This document shows, in pieces, positions 20,949 to 30,999 of a stretch of DNA of 64,000 nt (its first letter is position 1; the number at the start of each line of letters is the position of its first letter). The stretch comes from a virus, in IMG/VR virus record IMGVR_UViG_3300014499_000004, positions 3,761 to 67,760 of that record, one strand, 5' to 3'. The position numbers were made by a program, and so were the translations under genes. The notes under the pieces were generated by a model. It made no database searches. It saw only the letters and a program-made list of their open reading frames with translations, and was not told the DNA's origin.

Positions 20949-22078
20949 TAGAACGGCTGTAAATTGGAATACTTACGAGAAACAAATTGCTTCAATGATT
21001 TCCCCTCATAACGCCTACATAGATAATCTAAACTAACTTCCATTAATTCGTAGCCACCATTTCTGACATCATTACACACAATTATACCGCGCCAATGAGC
21101 TTCATTCCCCTGGAATCCTCTATACTTTTCGTCGTGAATATAACAGGAGCCTGAAACTAATCCTCGTTGTTGCTGGCCCATAACATAACGTATTGCTGTA
21201 AGATGAACTTGTTGATGCCCTTGACTAAATGAAGCACCGATAGTTTTAAGTCGTGTTTCTATATTATTACCAGAGTAAGGTCTACCTGTCATGTTATTTT
21301 GGAAGTAATGTGAATAATTGACGCCTTCAAAATTAGCAACTTTCAAGAATGGATAGCGGTTAAATCCATATTTTTCTACATCCATGAATTCTAGTCCAAT
21401 GAGCCCTTCTAACTCAGGTGACAACTGTAGTGCACGTTCGACTCGAAACTCATGATTTCCATCAAGGAATTCTAAACTGAGTGGCCACCATGGAGTTTTG
21501 CCCTTCTTTTCATCTTTTGCTCGACTATCTAATAAAGGTTTCATAAATGCAGCCATTGCATCATTTCCTGCTACAAAATCTGCAATAATTCTGCGACCTT
21601 CATAGTCCTTAGTTCCCTTATCATAACTAGATAGGGAAGGCATATCCCACCAGTCTCCAATGATTATGATTCGTATTCGCCTACCGTAGAAGTGATCTAC
21701 AATGTACTGTGCGATCCACAGAATATGGTCAATTGGAACTCCAGGGCCAACTTGTGTGTCTGGGATCATGATATGGGTTATGGGACCATTATCCGATAAA
21801 TCATCCGGTCCTATTTTAATGACTTGTGGTACAGTATGCTTAATGGACGTTACTCCTGCAAGCAACTCTGCCCTGATCTTCTCAGTGGCACCAGAGGCCC
21901 CTAGATGCCCCGTAGAGGGCACCAAATTGGTATGACCCTTCCTGATATGGCCACGCAAAGTATAGTAGTTAATACCGTACTTTTCAGCTACTGCTCGTTG
22001 TGTAATCTTTCCTTCGGATATGTCTGCATTGATCTTAATGGCTCTCTCTTGTGGAAAGCATATTGAACATTCTGACAC
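20948..22078 (-). CDS. calcineurin-like metallophosphoesterase with N-terminal HTH
   Basis: IPDTQ, IGDWWD, DGNHE, YSHY, QGHQQ motifs. Confidence 0.85.
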   Translation of the reverse strand: MSECSICFPQERAIKINADISEGKITQRAVAEKYGINYYTLRGHIRKGHTNLVPSTGHLGASGATEKIRAELLAGVTSIKHTVPQVIKIGPDDLSDNGPITHIMIPDTQVGPGVPIDHILWIAQYIVDHFYGRRIRIIIIGDWWDMPSLSSYDKGTKDYEGRRIIADFVAGNDAMAAFMKPLLDSRAKDEKKGKTPWWPLSLEFLDGNHEFRVERALQLSPELEGLIGLEFMDVEKYGFNRYPFLKVANFEGVNYSHYFQNNMTGRPYSGNNIETRLKTIGASFSQGHQQVHLTAIRYVMGQQQRGLVSGSCYIHDEKYRGFQGNEAHWRGIIVCNDVRNGGYELMEVSLDYLCRRYEGKSLKQFVSRKYSNLQPF

Positions 22079-22263
22079 TATTTACCTCACTGGTTTATAT
22101 TCCAGCAGAGGCACTAATCTTGTTGCTGATCGTCCTCTGCTTTGGGGTCGTTCCCGTCTTCGGTATCTATTGTACCAGATGGAACTCCCTCTTGCAACGG
22201 ATCTTTCGTATAATTTTTGTCGAGCGGTTGTCCGTACTTAATAACCATAATAATATTCCTTTA

Positions 22264-22527
22264 TTAGTTTGTTAGTTTTTCTTTGTGAGTCATTTTTTTA
22301 TGACGATCAGAACGTTTTACTAATTCTAATTCTAACATAATTACTGCTTTATCGCGTTCTTTAGGAAGAACATTATTCCAAATAACTTTAGAACTATCAC
22401 TATCCCATATTTGGCCGATAAAACGTTTATTTTCGCCAAGTAATAGTGCTTCCCAAGTAAAAATGCACTCTTCACAAGTCCACGTAGCTATTACTTCAAA
22501 TGGATATTCAATAAAGAATTCATGCAT
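22264..22527 (-). CDS. hypothetical protein
   Basis: 87-aa ORF. Confidence 0.5.
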   Translation of the reverse strand: MHEFFIEYPFEVIATWTCEECIFTWEALLLGENKRFIGQIWDSDSSKVIWNNVLPKERDKAVIMLELELVKRSDRHKKMTHKEKLTN

Positions 22528-22557
22528 TATATTTAATATTTTAACTTTTTAAACTAA

Positions 22558-22797
22558 TTAAAAAATTGCTGAAAAATATCCTAATCGCTGTAGATAATCT
22601 TCTACAGGAATTCCTGATGCTCTAGACATAATTGTGTAAGCACTCAGTAACAGATTAACTAAAGAAGAATAAAGTTCATCTTTATCAACTTCGTTAAATA
22701 GTTCTTGAGCGATTTCCTCTTGACCAGAATATATTGCTGTGAGAATTGCCACAACCTTATTTAGGATCTGAGGCTCGTCTTCTTTATAATCTTCCAA
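22558..22797 (-). CDS. hypothetical protein
   Basis: 79 aa, GGGAG RBS, TTG start. Confidence 0.55.
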   Translation of the reverse strand: MEDYKEDEPQILNKVVAILTAIYSGQEEIAQELFNEVDKDELYSSLVNLLLSAYTIMSRASGIPVEDYLQRLGYFSAIF

Positions 22798-22845
22798 GGT
22801 TGCTCCCTGGGTTGCATTACGGTATAAATTTTATACCTAAGACAA

Positions 22846-23547
22846 TTATAGCCAGTTGACACCAGTGTTGTCAAACGTATCGTCATAAGACTTTGTAATA
22901 TAGGCTTGAGCAACACTAGCTTGTCGAGCCATACTAGTGGCTTTCTTGAGATTAGCCTCATGACGTTCTCGGCGTGTAAGCTCTACATTATCTAAGAAAT
23001 TGTCTATAACTGAGGCTCTATGCGTAACATCTAGAATAGGCATAGTTTCGTCTTCAACGTAATAAGAAGCAGCTTCTCTAGTGGCACTCTGGTCATTTAG
23101 CAGAGAAGGGTTCTGATCGATTACCCAATTTTCTGCTCCAGCAGTAACAAAGTTGATCCAATCAACACTGTCAATATCGTCCTGAGTTTCCTTAGCCAAA
23201 CGATATTCCAAGGTTCCATCATCTGCACCAAGGTCAATTCGACCAGAGTATTTACGATACTGAGCGGCTACAACACCCCCAGGCAAACTTTGGAGATACT
23301 CTTCAGTATCAAAGTCAACATATTCTGAAGCTACCTTTTGCAGGACATCCTTTTCGGCGTCCAATTCAACGACATATGAGGCATATCTTTCAATCTCTGC
23401 ATCACCGGCTCGAACATTTGATGCACCAACTTTTAACCCATCAATTATCTCTTGCAATTGATCAATGCGGTAGTAGATACTATCTGAAGAACCGTCAAAC
23501 CATGAAGCGTTCTTCACTACACTCGCTTGTTTTAATAAATCAGACAT
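22846..23547 (-). CDS. hypothetical, possible head protein
   Basis: 233 aa, KQAS/KNAS/KVAS/RQAS motifs. Confidence 0.7.
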   Translation of the reverse strand: MSDLLKQASVVKNASWFDGSSDSIYYRIDQLQEIIDGLKVGASNVRAGDAEIERYASYVVELDAEKDVLQKVASEYVDFDTEEYLQSLPGGVVAAQYRKYSGRIDLGADDGTLEYRLAKETQDDIDSVDWINFVTAGAENWVIDQNPSLLNDQSATREAASYYVEDETMPILDVTHRASVIDNFLDNVELTRRERHEANLKKATSMARQASVAQAYITKSYDDTFDNTGVNWL

Positions 23548-23603
23548 ATCTATTCCTCAACATCTACGTTGATATTCATCTCCATTTAACCAGTATCTTA
23601 GTT

Positions 23604-24116
23604 CTAATATGCCGAAGAAAGAGAATTATTGTTAATGTTGCCAGCAGCGTTTTGATCCCATGTACCATCTTCAGAAATTTGAGTACCGACTGCTTCATCT
23701 GGTATTTGACCTGAAGGACCAAAATGATCATTGTGATCTTTATCATTAGTGGTAGCAAACTCTGGTACTTGAGTAGTATCGAAACCACCAAAAGCTGCTT
23801 CGCGTATGAGGTTTTCTATATGAGATTTCTTCTGTGTGGTATAAGCAGATTGTTTAGCCTTTTGTTTGGCTGTTGATTGACCTGCTTCATCACCAGGTTG
23901 ATAGACGTGACATTTTGCTTTCTTGCCACTACCCTTAAATCCAGGAAGTCCACCATCACTGCACTCACTAACTTCACCAGCAAGATCAGCTGCATTATAG
24001 CTAAACTTAAGAGAGGCCGACTTAATTACGCTTAGACACTTAATACAGTAGATTTCTTCACCAGCTTTTGAAGCTGTAATAAGTAATTTACCTGAGCAGA
24101 TTGGGCAGTTAGTCAT
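23604..24116 (-). CDS. hypothetical with N-terminal zinc ribbon
   Basis: CPIC...CIKC. Confidence 0.65.
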   Translation of the reverse strand: MTNCPICSGKLLITASKAGEEIYCIKCLSVIKSASLKFSYNAADLAGEVSECSDGGLPGFKGSGKKAKCHVYQPGDEAGQSTAKQKAKQSAYTTQKKSHIENLIREAAFGGFDTTQVPEFATTNDKDHNDHFGPSGQIPDEAVGTQISEDGTWDQNAAGNINNNSLSSAY

Positions 24117-24997
24117 TATTCTTCGGTGTTAAAGAATGCTTCTAGTACGTTGGTAGGAAGAGTCGATGCAATTATTTTACTACGATCAATATCATACCTG
24201 TAGTCTTGTCCACCGATTTGACCCCAACCTTCCAATGAACCATCTGGTGAGGCAGGTTGCGTGACCTTATGAGGTGTAGTACCAACACTCTCTAGGGGAG
24301 TCTTACCATAGTAACGAGCCTGATCATAACCATTAAAATAGTCATCACTAAGAACTGCTAGATCTTCATCTAGTGGTTTACCATGCAAATGGTCTAAGAA
24401 TCCTCTGGTGTATAGTTCAGAGTCATTAGAAAATTTCTTAGATGAAGTTTTGACTACATCACCATCAACTACATCACCTTCTTCAATCTTGTTAGCATCA
24501 GGGTTATCTTCTGGGCAATGACCGCAGTGAGCTAATTTGGCCTCAGCAATTGACTTTGGAGTATAGTAATTTTCACATACTGTGCATTGAGGCGAACCAT
24601 TTTCAGTGACATAAGCGTGAACGATTTTACGTGCTTCTGCATTAACAGTTGAACTTAACATTGTAATTGACCCATCTCCTCGACTGGTCTCTCCAGCATC
24701 TCCAAATAATTGCTGTTCGGGTGGATCTTCGACATTAATCTTATAAACAGACTTTGGAGCACTAATATTCCCCGGTGAGGGATTCTCATCGGTATTAGAC
24801 ATATCAGCTAATTTTGTAGAGCCAGTGAACTGATTACCATCTTCTTTGGGCTCAGTAATCCCTAGTGGCTCTGGGTTAACAGGGTCCATAGTCGATTTGT
24901 GTTCAGGGTCATCCCCAAAGGGTTGGGGCATATACATTTCGTCGTTTTGTGAAATTCCTTCTGCTAACTTATATAATCGTTGAAAAGTTGTACTCAT
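24116..24997 (-). CDS. putative head/internal protein
   Basis: 293 aa, YKLA/TKLA/KIIAS motifs. Confidence 0.65.
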   Translation of the reverse strand: MSTTFQRLYKLAEGISQNDEMYMPQPFGDDPEHKSTMDPVNPEPLGITEPKEDGNQFTGSTKLADMSNTDENPSPGNISAPKSVYKINVEDPPEQQLFGDAGETSRGDGSITMLSSTVNAEARKIVHAYVTENGSPQCTVCENYYTPKSIAEAKLAHCGHCPEDNPDANKIEEGDVVDGDVVKTSSKKFSNDSELYTRGFLDHLHGKPLDEDLAVLSDDYFNGYDQARYYGKTPLESVGTTPHKVTQPASPDGSLEGWGQIGGQDYRYDIDRSKIIASTLPTNVLEAFFNTEE

Positions 24998-25881
24998 TAT
25001 AGTGTCCTTAAGTCTTTTTCTGTAACAATAGTTACAAACTTACCAGTTTGACGAAGTAGATCAACTTTGTACAATTTAGGAAATTTTTCATAATCATTAG
25101 AAGGTTTTGCTTCAAGCCAGATGTCAAACTCAGGAAGATAAAAATCTGGCATGTAAGTTGTTGAACCTAGGTTAAACCTTTGAGGTTCATATTCCCATTT
25201 GACACCATATGAATCAAGTTTTTTAGCAACTCTTGCCTCAAATTTACTACGCATCTGAACACCATGATATTGAGTAGGAATACCTCTTCCATTTGATAGA
25301 GGAAGTTTCATATTAGGGTTAGTAGCCCACTGCCGTAGTGTGGATTGACGATTACGCTCTCGTTCTTCTTCAGATCTAGTAATTCCGATTTTACTCTCTG
25401 AATTTCTCTTATTTTGTTCTTCTGTACGAACTATACCTTTTGCATTATGCCCATAAATAAATTCTTGATTTGGAAATTTCGTAGTGAATACTTCATTATC
25501 GGGACACTTACAGACCTTGTTTATGATTGGATACTTTTTGCGATTATGACCAGTGATGTATCTAGCATTATATTTGGTCGTAAATTCTTCATGATCTGGA
25601 CATTCACATATACGAATTTTCAAAAACTCTTCTTCTTTTTGCTTTTTCCACTCAATCAGCTCTTCTAAGGTAATTCCCATTCGAGAAGCTGTGGCCTTAT
25701 CGATTTGTTCTTGTGGTTGGGTAATCCCCGTCTTAAACTGAGTCTCTATACCATCAGGATTATGGCCTTTAATATACTTAGTTTCTGGATTGCCAGAAAT
25801 CACTTCTTGACTGCAGCGACCGCAAGCACAAATCTTGGGATCATCCGCAAGTTTGTATAGTTTTTCAAAAGCAGTAGTCAT
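24997..25881 (-). CDS. free-standing PD-(D/E)XK endonuclease with NUMOD3-like and CxC...GHN repeats
   Basis: MRSKFEARVA, WEYEP, YMPDFYLP, WLEAK; three CxC...(Y/F)IxGHN repeats. Confidence 0.8.
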   Translation of the reverse strand: MTTAFEKLYKLADDPKICACGRCSQEVISGNPETKYIKGHNPDGIETQFKTGITQPQEQIDKATASRMGITLEELIEWKKQKEEEFLKIRICECPDHEEFTTKYNARYITGHNRKKYPIINKVCKCPDNEVFTTKFPNQEFIYGHNAKGIVRTEEQNKRNSESKIGITRSEEERERNRQSTLRQWATNPNMKLPLSNGRGIPTQYHGVQMRSKFEARVAKKLDSYGVKWEYEPQRFNLGSTTYMPDFYLPEFDIWLEAKPSNDYEKFPKLYKVDLLRQTGKFVTIVTEKDLRTL

Positions 25882-25919
25882 TTCAACTTCTAGTCTGATT
25901 TTTAAGTTGTTTTAACTTA

Positions 25920-26672
25920 TTAACTAGCAGGAGGTACATCAGTGCCATGAACTTCAGCAAGAGCAGTCTCAAGAGTTGTCCAATTAACACGAGGATCGTA
26001 CTGGTCAAAGATAACCCAGGAATCGGTAACATTGTTCTCGCGGAAAGCCTTTGTGAAGGTCTGTAGTCCACCCCAAGTTACCAGGGTTCCGTTGCCTATA
26101 CCACTTGACTTAACATAAAGGGTATCGTGACCATCAACTTGGGCCATTTCGTTCCATGAACGACGAGGAGAATCATCAAAGTCCTGACTCGCCACGGCAC
26201 CATCAATAGCAAGGCCAAGAAGAGCTCCACTAAATTCTTTGGCGAACCAGTCTAGGTACTGTGGTTGTACTTCAGCATAACCATAAATAAAACTTTCTTG
26301 AACAGCCCATGCAAGAACTGTTGCATTAGATACACCCTGATCTGGATGTGGCCCTGGCTCTCCCTGGGCTATACCATAAGCAAAGTAAGCATCGATTAAA
26401 CTTGGATACTTGGATGTTCCAAATTTACCGATAAGGCTTACATCACCAGTCTTGGCGACGTTGTAATGATCCAATGCAGCAAATCCGCAGTCTCCATATT
26501 CTGAGTTCCCATCCATCCCCCAATTATTTTCACCAATTGCATGAGTATGATCAAATTTTAAATAACCTGAAACTGGTGTCACCCCATCCACTAATAGTGA
26601 AACAGCGTCTAATCTCGGTTCATGGCTTTCTCGTAGTGATCCATACCGTCCAGCTTTCATTACCTCTGTCAT
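25920..26672 (-). CDS. papain-like cysteine peptidase
   Basis: YGDCGFAA (Cys), DGHD (His), VTWG. Confidence 0.65.
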   Translation of the reverse strand: MTEVMKAGRYGSLRESHEPRLDAVSLLVDGVTPVSGYLKFDHTHAIGENNWGMDGNSEYGDCGFAALDHYNVAKTGDVSLIGKFGTSKYPSLIDAYFAYGIAQGEPGPHPDQGVSNATVLAWAVQESFIYGYAEVQPQYLDWFAKEFSGALLGLAIDGAVASQDFDDSPRRSWNEMAQVDGHDTLYVKSSGIGNGTLVTWGGLQTFTKAFRENNVTDSWVIFDQYDPRVNWTTLETALAEVHGTDVPPAS

Positions 26673-27373
26673 AATATTTTTTCCTTTATTCGTTCACGGG
26701 CTGCCCCGCGTTTTACATTACAGATCCAGTGAGTTAATCTCACATTGTCGTAGGTGTGTGATCCACCCATCGATAGCGGCTCAATGTGGTCCACAGACCA
26801 GCATTGTTGATTTGGCCATTTTGTTTCAGGGTTAATAGATTTATTACAGATTCCACACATCCAACCATCTCGTTCTGCAAGAGTTGATAGTTTTATGTTT
26901 TCAGATTCTGACCCATACATAATTGCCCTGCGTTTATGACGATAGTTTTTAGCAATCATAGGATTTTTTACTAGCGATTTTTTCGTTCTTTCATTACAGA
27001 TTTCAACATGAGATTCTCTATATTTTTTGGAAGACTCTCTATGATTTTCTTTGACTTCTGGCCTCTGTTGATATGCCTTTTGTCGAGTTGCAATCATTTC
27101 AGCATTTTCAGATTTGTATTTCTTCTGATATTCCAAATACGGGACCTTATTGCGTTGATATTCAGCTTTCTTCAAGTTTCTCATATGGTCGGGTTTTTCG
27201 ATCCATCTCCTACTAGCACGTTCTCTATAACATTGTCGACATTCAGCTTGAAATCCAGATGATCTTCTTTTATCTGCTGTAAATTCTTCTAATGGTTTAA
27301 TATGTTGACATCTAGAACACTGTTTATTGTTTATTCCATTAATGGTAACGATAGTTTGACTGGGGGATGCCAT
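26669..27373 (-). CDS. HNH endonuclease
   Basis: CSRC...CRQC; RDGWMCGIC, VDHIEP, NVRLTHWICN. Confidence 0.85.
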   Translation of the reverse strand: MASPSQTIVTINGINNKQCSRCQHIKPLEEFTADKRRSSGFQAECRQCYRERASRRWIEKPDHMRNLKKAEYQRNKVPYLEYQKKYKSENAEMIATRQKAYQQRPEVKENHRESSKKYRESHVEICNERTKKSLVKNPMIAKNYRHKRRAIMYGSESENIKLSTLAERDGWMCGICNKSINPETKWPNQQCWSVDHIEPLSMGGSHTYDNVRLTHWICNVKRGAARERIKEKIL

Positions 27374-27392
27374 TACTAATTATTTGCCTTTC

Positions 27393-27692
27393 TTAGAATA
27401 AAGAATCTTGAGTACCGTACTCAAGTTGTTTTGCTGTTTCTTTATGAGATTTTGATTTTTTGGAATAATCTTTTGCAAGAGGCCAAAGATGTTTTTTTCC
27501 TTTTAAAGCATGAGATGTTGCAGCTTTTGTTACATTATTTGCTAGATTAGATAATTCATATTGCGTTTCAGGCTTTTTTAATTCTTCTTCACTAGCTCCT
27601 ATACGCCTAGAGTTATAATCTCTAATAAAACTATCGATCTCATCAAGGTTTTGGTTATTAGCGGATAACCGTTGTTCCCACTTAATCGTCAT
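27393..27692 (-). CDS. hypothetical protein
   Basis: Start reassigned to MTIKWEQRLSA. Confidence 0.55.
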   Translation of the reverse strand: MTIKWEQRLSANNQNLDEIDSFIRDYNSRRIGASEEELKKPETQYELSNLANNVTKAATSHALKGKKHLWPLAKDYSKKSKSHKETAKQLEYGTQDSLF

Positions 27693-27987
27693 CGTTTTCA
27701 TCATCATCTTCATTGCTTATATTGTGATAGTGATGACCATTTCCGCCAACATGTCCAATATCTACACCGTCTATTCCGAAGAAATAACGCAATAATCTAA
27801 CAAATTGGAAGATATCAACTTGCGTATTGAATACCATGAAATAACCATTTGGTTCTCCACTAAATAAAGTTAATCCATACTCTTTTTCTGGAACCATATC
27901 TTCATCTGCAATTTCTTCAGCAAATTCGTGTTCGAAGTCTTCGTGACTGTCTAGAAACTGTTGCCACGCTTCCTCTTGATCATTCAT
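27682..27987 (-). CDS. acidic hypothetical protein
   Basis: 101-aa ORF. Confidence 0.6.
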   Translation of the reverse strand: MNDQEEAWQQFLDSHEDFEHEFAEEIADEDMVPEKEYGLTLFSGEPNGYFMVFNTQVDIFQFVRLLRYFFGIDGVDIGHVGGNGHHYHNISNEDDDENDDD

Positions 27988-27997
27988 GGTTTAATTC

Positions 27998-29341
27998 CTA
28001 TCCGCGAAGTTTTAATCGCTTATGTAAAACCTGTCTAACGATATTGGTTGATAGAGAATGTGGATGACCTCCACCTTTAGTTCCATCTTCACGAGTGTAA
28101 ATCGTTTCTGGGTCATTAACCATAATGGCGTGTGGGTTATAAAACCCGAAGTGCTTCTTAAAAACATTCTTTAAGATTGGATCATTACTTGATTTGACTT
28201 CACGGTGTAATGAGGAGTCAAGAACGGTAGCCAAAGGGTTCTCATAGTTTGATATTTGACAATGAGGGCATGGGCAAACAGCCACATTACGAAGAGCTCT
28301 GGTTAATCCGTTATATTCATCTTGATGCTGCCCTAATTGTGCTTTATTGTTTTTATCGATGACATGACGAGTTACCATATCATTAACTTGATTGCCTATT
28401 TCAGAACTGGCATAATCACCTTTATTATCAAAAAGTTCTGGTCGTTGTGAGCGTATTCGACCTTTTGCCTTAAATAAGTCATCTGAAGTAGGTGGTTGTA
28501 TTTTTGTTTTATCGTAAGGCTGAGTCATACTTTGAATGTTATTAGCGAGTGTCGTAAATCCCTTGAAAAATGAAGTTTTTTCACCAGCTGAGTCTACAAA
28601 TAGAGCCTTATTACGCTTTTTAGAATATCCTCGTAGTCCTCGGTTAATAGCTCCAGTAACATTTGTAATATCTGGAGTAGATTTTTCTTCTGGGAAAGCA
28701 CCCTTTTCTATTCCATCAATAGTATCTAATAGGTCTCTTTGTGTATCAAAATGATGAGCTGTTAAATCAGTTAAAGGACTAGTAACTTTACCACTTGACT
28801 CATCTCTGCCAACTGGAACACGACTACTTCCATCAGCATCTTCACTAGTATCAATCTTGAAATAAGGATCTCTTATAAGAGTACCAAACGTTACATGATC
28901 TCGGTCAGCATAACCTTTATTTGATAGTCTCTTAAATCTCTTTTTGGATTGTGAAACAGGTGATGAATCACCAGTATCTTTTGGAACTAATTTAGTGTCA
29001 TTATATTTAGTAAGATTTTGTCCATATAAACGTTCATCGACTTTTCCATTAGTATTCCACGTACCATCATCTGATTGTGCAAGACCTAGAGCAGAAGCTG
29101 CCAAGGGAGAAACTGAATAACCGGATTCAGTGGCCTTATCTAAATACTCACGAGCAGCATACTTACGACGAGACTCAATAATATTTGCTGGATGATTCTT
29201 TGAAAGACTAAGACCTGGGTTACCAACTACATTTTTCTGAACACGCCGTGTTCTAATCTTTTTAGTTGGTGTTACAGTTTTAGGTGCTTCTTCACTTACT
29301 AAGTCATTCTTGGGAGCAATAGCTACCCTGGAGTTAAACAC
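27998..29341 (-). CDS. hypothetical, possible head/internal protein
   Basis: 447 aa basic protein, CPCPHC. Confidence 0.7.
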   Translation of the reverse strand: MFNSRVAIAPKNDLVSEEAPKTVTPTKKIRTRRVQKNVVGNPGLSLSKNHPANIIESRRKYAAREYLDKATESGYSVSPLAASALGLAQSDDGTWNTNGKVDERLYGQNLTKYNDTKLVPKDTGDSSPVSQSKKRFKRLSNKGYADRDHVTFGTLIRDPYFKIDTSEDADGSSRVPVGRDESSGKVTSPLTDLTAHHFDTQRDLLDTIDGIEKGAFPEEKSTPDITNVTGAINRGLRGYSKKRNKALFVDSAGEKTSFFKGFTTLANNIQSMTQPYDKTKIQPPTSDDLFKAKGRIRSQRPELFDNKGDYASSEIGNQVNDMVTRHVIDKNNKAQLGQHQDEYNGLTRALRNVAVCPCPHCQISNYENPLATVLDSSLHREVKSSNDPILKNVFKKHFGFYNPHAIMVNDPETIYTREDGTKGGGHPHSLSTNIVRQVLHKRLKLRG

Positions 29342-29835
29342 TATTCTTCTTCCCTATCAAAAGGGCGTCCTTTTTGAGATCTACCTTGATCACCCGAATT
29401 GAATTTAGGATGTTCACTAATATCAGTTATAGAACCACTTGAAGGGGGAGGACCTCCAGTGTAGCCATTTTCATTATAATCAAAAACTCCATAAGGAGAG
29501 CGAGTCTCAGGCTGAAATCCAGGAACAGATGGATGATTACGAGCAGGCTTATCAGTTTTACGCTGGTTGACGATATCTCTCATTTTAGACATATCTTCAG
29601 AGAAGTCATTGACGTTTTTATTATCGTCCGACTGTTCCTGTTGTTTACGCTCTTTTCGTTCCTTATACTTAGAGATACCAACAGCTGTACCGAAACCAGT
29701 AAGAGCAAGCCATGGGAGGTCCTTTACAGAAGGTCCGCCAGATAAGCCAAAATTGTGTAAGAATTCGCTAACATATGCATTATCAGCGGTCTTTAGGCGA
29801 TCCCGCCAATTGTTTTTATAATTATTAGTAGTCAT
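29341..29835 (-). CDS. hypothetical protein with hydrophobic segment
   Basis: WRDRLKTA leader; WLALTGFGTAVGI. Confidence 0.65.
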   Translation of the reverse strand: MTTNNYKNNWRDRLKTADNAYVSEFLHNFGLSGGPSVKDLPWLALTGFGTAVGISKYKERKERKQQEQSDDNKNVNDFSEDMSKMRDIVNQRKTDKPARNHPSVPGFQPETRSPYGVFDYNENGYTGGPPPSSGSITDISEHPKFNSGDQGRSQKGRPFDREEE

Positions 29836-29877
29836 ATCAACTACTAGTTTGAAAAAACTAGTCTATTAAATTAATAG

Positions 29878-30123
29878 TTAGGTTACTTCTTCTCCATCAT
29901 GAAATTTCCTAATATGATCCCATCTCTCCCAAGTTTCCCCTTCTTCAGAGACAGATGCGACAACTGATGCCCAAACAGATTCATCTAATTCAATACTAAG
30001 TTCCATAAATCTATCTAAATTGGAATCGAAGTGTTCATGTCTAATACGTACGCTACCACTATTAGTACGAGCAAAGAACCACCCATTTTTAGCATGAAAT
30101 TCGCTTCTTATTCCTTCGCTCAT
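29878..30123 (-). CDS. hypothetical protein
   Basis: 81-aa ORF overlapping the upstream stop. Confidence 0.6.
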   Translation of the reverse strand: MSEGIRSEFHAKNGWFFARTNSGSVRIRHEHFDSNLDRFMELSIELDESVWASVVASVSEEGETWERWDHIRKFHDGEEVT

Positions 30124-30998
30124 AGTTCAATTCCAAATTCAGGAAGTACCTCTACAATATTCATATAGGCTTTTTTGGGAGTTCCGTTATTATAAACTGT
30201 GATATCGGCATCAAAAGAAATTTGGTCAGATGAATGGTCATTTACTGGGCCTACACCATCCCGCATAACTCTGATAACTATACCACCACGTCTACGGACC
30301 TCATTTGCTTCATTCTCAAATCTTAGATCGGGAATAACTAGACGAGCTTTATGAGGTTGGGAGAAAAGTGTATTGACCCAAACATCTTCTCCTAAAGCTT
30401 TTCTACCGGCTTCAGTCCCAAGACGCTGGAGTAGTTGACGTACTTCAGTAATTTTTTTAGCTTCTTCCCATCCGAGTCGATCAACGAGATCTTGAGTACG
30501 GTAGTATAGTCCCTTATGAAATATAAGAGGATTCAGTTCATAGAGTATCTCTTTTAGAGCATCCGCAAATCCATGACGTTCAAAACCATCATTCTGTACG
30601 AACTCCTGAGCGATGGTGTCTTTTCCAACGGTTGCGAATCCACAAAATGCCAAAATTAACTCTTTCTCAAAATATGAGTTATCGGCATCCACTCGGTAGC
30701 GATCCAATTTTAGTACATTAGCAAAGTCACTCTCCAGCTTGGCTCCACGAGACTTCTCCCATCCTGGCATGAAAATAATGGAATCACACTCTAATAGAGC
30801 GGCATAGTCATGTTTAATAACTTCCAGATATCTTTCTTCCGTCATCACTGTATTAGCATCAATACCAATTTCAGCATCAAGTTCAGCAGGAGAAATTATA
30901 TCCCAGCCCTTGGCTCGCAGGAACTTAGCATTCTCGTGAAAAGCGGGGTAATTGAATTGTGGATAATTTGACATTGGACCGCTTAAATATGCTTTCAT
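30120..30998 (-). CDS. DUF4406/NDT-like domain fused to dNMP kinase
   Basis: N-terminal YLSGPMS...GWEKSRGA; C-terminal GFATVGKDT, FADALKE, RQLLQRLGTE, DLRFENE. Confidence 0.85.
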   Translation of the reverse strand: MKAYLSGPMSNYPQFNYPAFHENAKFLRAKGWDIISPAELDAEIGIDANTVMTEERYLEVIKHDYAALLECDSIIFMPGWEKSRGAKLESDFANVLKLDRYRVDADNSYFEKELILAFCGFATVGKDTIAQEFVQNDGFERHGFADALKEILYELNPLIFHKGLYYRTQDLVDRLGWEEAKKITEVRQLLQRLGTEAGRKALGEDVWVNTLFSQPHKARLVIPDLRFENEANEVRRRGGIVIRVMRDGVGPVNDHSSDQISFDADITVYNNGTPKKAYMNIVEVLPEFGIEL

Positions 30999-30999
30999 C

